Shown piece after piece: positions 61,882 to 64,000 of a stretch of DNA of 64,000 bases (position 1 is the stretch's first letter; each line of letters begins with the position of its first letter). The stretch covers positions 4,216,001-4,280,000 of the forward strand of contig OU015569.1 in NCBI GenBank assembly GCA_907165135.1. Direction: 5' to 3'. The stretch comes from Oikopleura dioica. Taxonomy: Eukaryota; Animalia; Chordata. Position numbers and translations under genes: made by a program. Below the pieces are notes generated by a model that was not told where the DNA came from, ran no database searches, and saw nothing but the letters and a program-made list of their open reading frames with translations.

Positions 61882-62336
61882 TTAAAGCGAGCTATCGGAA
61901 TCAGTAGCGGAGTCCTCTTCTTCAAAAAGACGAGCCTTGAAAGATGCGTCCTCTTTGTTTTCCGTCGGTTTTTGTTCTTTTCTACTCTTGCTTGTGCTGA
62001 AAAACGTCAAGCAGGAAATTAAGCTATTGGCTACCTCATTCTTTTAGGAGTGGCGTCTTTCCTATCATGAGTCTTTCTCGTTCTCTCCAAAAGAACCGGC
62101 GTTGGCATGCTAGCAATGAGTGGAGCTGGAGCTTTTTCGGAAGGATCATTTGACTCAGACGAGTCCTCGTTGTCGGCGAGTGGTTGTTGCACTCCATCTT
62201 CGGTGCTTTTCGCTCGTTTCGGAAGACAAACTTGCGGGTCTTCGTTTTCTTCGTCGGAGCATTGAATAACAGTTTTGGAAGGGCGTTTTCGAAGGCCACG
62301 CTTCGCTGCGAGCTCCGACTCAATGATTTCGCTCAT
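61882..62336 (-). CDS. Small charged, disordered protein with basic NLS-like motifs (2 exons)
   Basis: MSEIIESELAAKRGLRKRPSK..TPKRMS/TSKSRKEQK..LFEEEDSATDSDSSL* through a GT-AG intron. Confidence 0.55.
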
Positions 62337-62810
62337 ACTATGGGAAAAATTTGAGAGCACTAGTGATTGCACAACGTGTTGAACAGAGGCAGAATGAATG
62401 AAATAGAATCTGCTGCAGATGAAGATTGATTGCTATTACATGTACTAGAAAATAACGGAAATGTGTGTAGGGCGGTGAGGTTTGGTCGTTGAACGGCGAA
62501 AAAATGATTTTGCTTTTACTCTTCTTGCTTCTTGAGGCCCTCGGAAGAGCGTTTGTGGCTTTCTAGCGCACGAAGTGTGCTCAAATCCTAAACAGTCATT
62601 TAATTAAACAAGATTCACATGGATGAAGTTTTGATAAATTTCGGACGTGCGCTATAATTAAAGAATTAAATTATGGAAAGGGAGTGATGATAACTGATTT
62701 AGATAATTGGAAAAAGAGCAGAAACCGTTTTCTCGGAACGAGCAAAATTTTGAATGATTCTAGATTAGGACAGTTTCTGATCTTTCTTTATGATAAATGT
62801 TGTCGTGCGT

Positions 62811-63973
62811 TCAATTACCGGAAGTTCTCAAATTACTGAGGATCTTGCTCACGCTTGGCTTGATAAAGATATGACTTACACTTTTGAAATCGTTTTACGA
62901 TTTTCTAATAAAATGATGTTCTCCTCGTTGTCTTCACAGTCAATTTGAAAATTACCTGAGGTAAGTTCGATTTCCGTCGCATAGCTTTCCCTCGCGATTT
63001 GTCATCAGCTTCGGTGTGTTGGGCGGCAGTGTTGACTTCGTCCCATTTAAGCTCTTTTGCAACTGATCCCTTTTCTTCCTTCTCGTTCAAATTGAGATCG
63101 CGCAGTTTTTCGGTATCCACCTAGAACTGTAATTCACCCCGATTTAAATTGAAAAAATACCTCGCCAGCGAAAGCATCATTCTTGATAACGAGTCCATCA
63201 ACTTGATGTCGCAGTGGATTTTTCATCGCTTTCTCTGTAATACGCTTCCAGGCTTCTTCTCGCTCTTGAATAGCCTGAGAGGGAATTAAAAACAAACACA
63301 ATTGGTGATGCTATCCACCTGTTTTTCCTTCAAGCGTTCGCTCTTGTAATTGGTGGTGCACTCGTCGAACAGATTCTGATCCATTTCCATGAAAAGCTTG
63401 AGAGCATTGTAGATCAGTCCGTGAATGGTCTTATTCCAGTGAGACTTCAAAAAAAGTAAGTGTTTGTTTATTCTGTCTGTTCAATTTCTGACTGTATAGG
63501 CTCATCGAAGACACCCTATGCAGAATGAACCTATACAGTCAGATGATGAAAAGCCTAGATAATTTTTGAATATAAACCTTGGAATTTCGGTAGAGAGGCG
63601 GGAACATAATCGGCAAGATAACCTTGGTATGGTCTTGCACTAGACTGACAAAGTACTCATTGTTCCAGTAGTAGAGAGCTCGCTCGGCAACTTGGAAATG
63701 CGGCGACGAGACGCAACGTGCAAGCTGGTTGAATAACGGCCTCATTATTCGAGCGAACTCAGCATGCTCGATAACGTCCAGAATCTCTTCTAGCTCGTTC
63801 AGGAACATCACCTCCTGAATGCAGAATGTTGAATATTGTCCCAAAAATTTTGACGAAATTACCTTCGGAGAGTGTGTCTTCGGCCAGAACTTGAGCAGCC
63901 CAGTTACCACTTCTTCTGTTAAAGATGGGTCTTTCTCGAGAAACTGTACTACGCAGTAAGCCAGTTGAGGATG
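62811..63973 (-). CDS. PPP2R5: PP2A B56 regulatory subunit (PPP2R5C/D-like), 3' part; the 5' end lies beyond the window
   Basis: [58 protein letters not shown]../[20 protein letters not shown]; last exon approximate. Confidence 0.95.
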
Positions 63974-64000
63974 CTAGATCATTGTTAAAAACCGCTTCAT

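Overview
Eukaryotic, extremely gene-dense animal DNA. Most introns are 35-60 nt, several need a GA donor, and ATGs often follow a ...TTCAG/...TTTAG acceptor. This pattern points to a larvacean tunicate such as Oikopleura (inference, no taxonomic search run). I reconstructed about 27 spliced genes by hand. Recognisable ones: STAC, Frizzled, FoxO-like, an ankyrin protein with an MPP8-like C-terminus, LAMP, TTC19, KSR, two tandem TKL kinases (one TAK1-like), RidA, two tandem SRF-type MADS genes, APEX1, a ~2,350-aa GPI-anchored array of 20 Ly6/uPAR-like domains, a CUB-EGF protein, AGBL2/3 and the 3' part of PP2A-B56. Six inverted-repeat (MITE/foldback) elements are present. One is a ~3.8-kb long-TIR unit in an intron that encloses two divergent orphan genes and no visible transposase. 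No rRNA, tRNA or CRISPR array was seen. Exon boundaries and family calls come from manual translation and remembered motifs, so they need confirming by RNA-seq and HMM searches.
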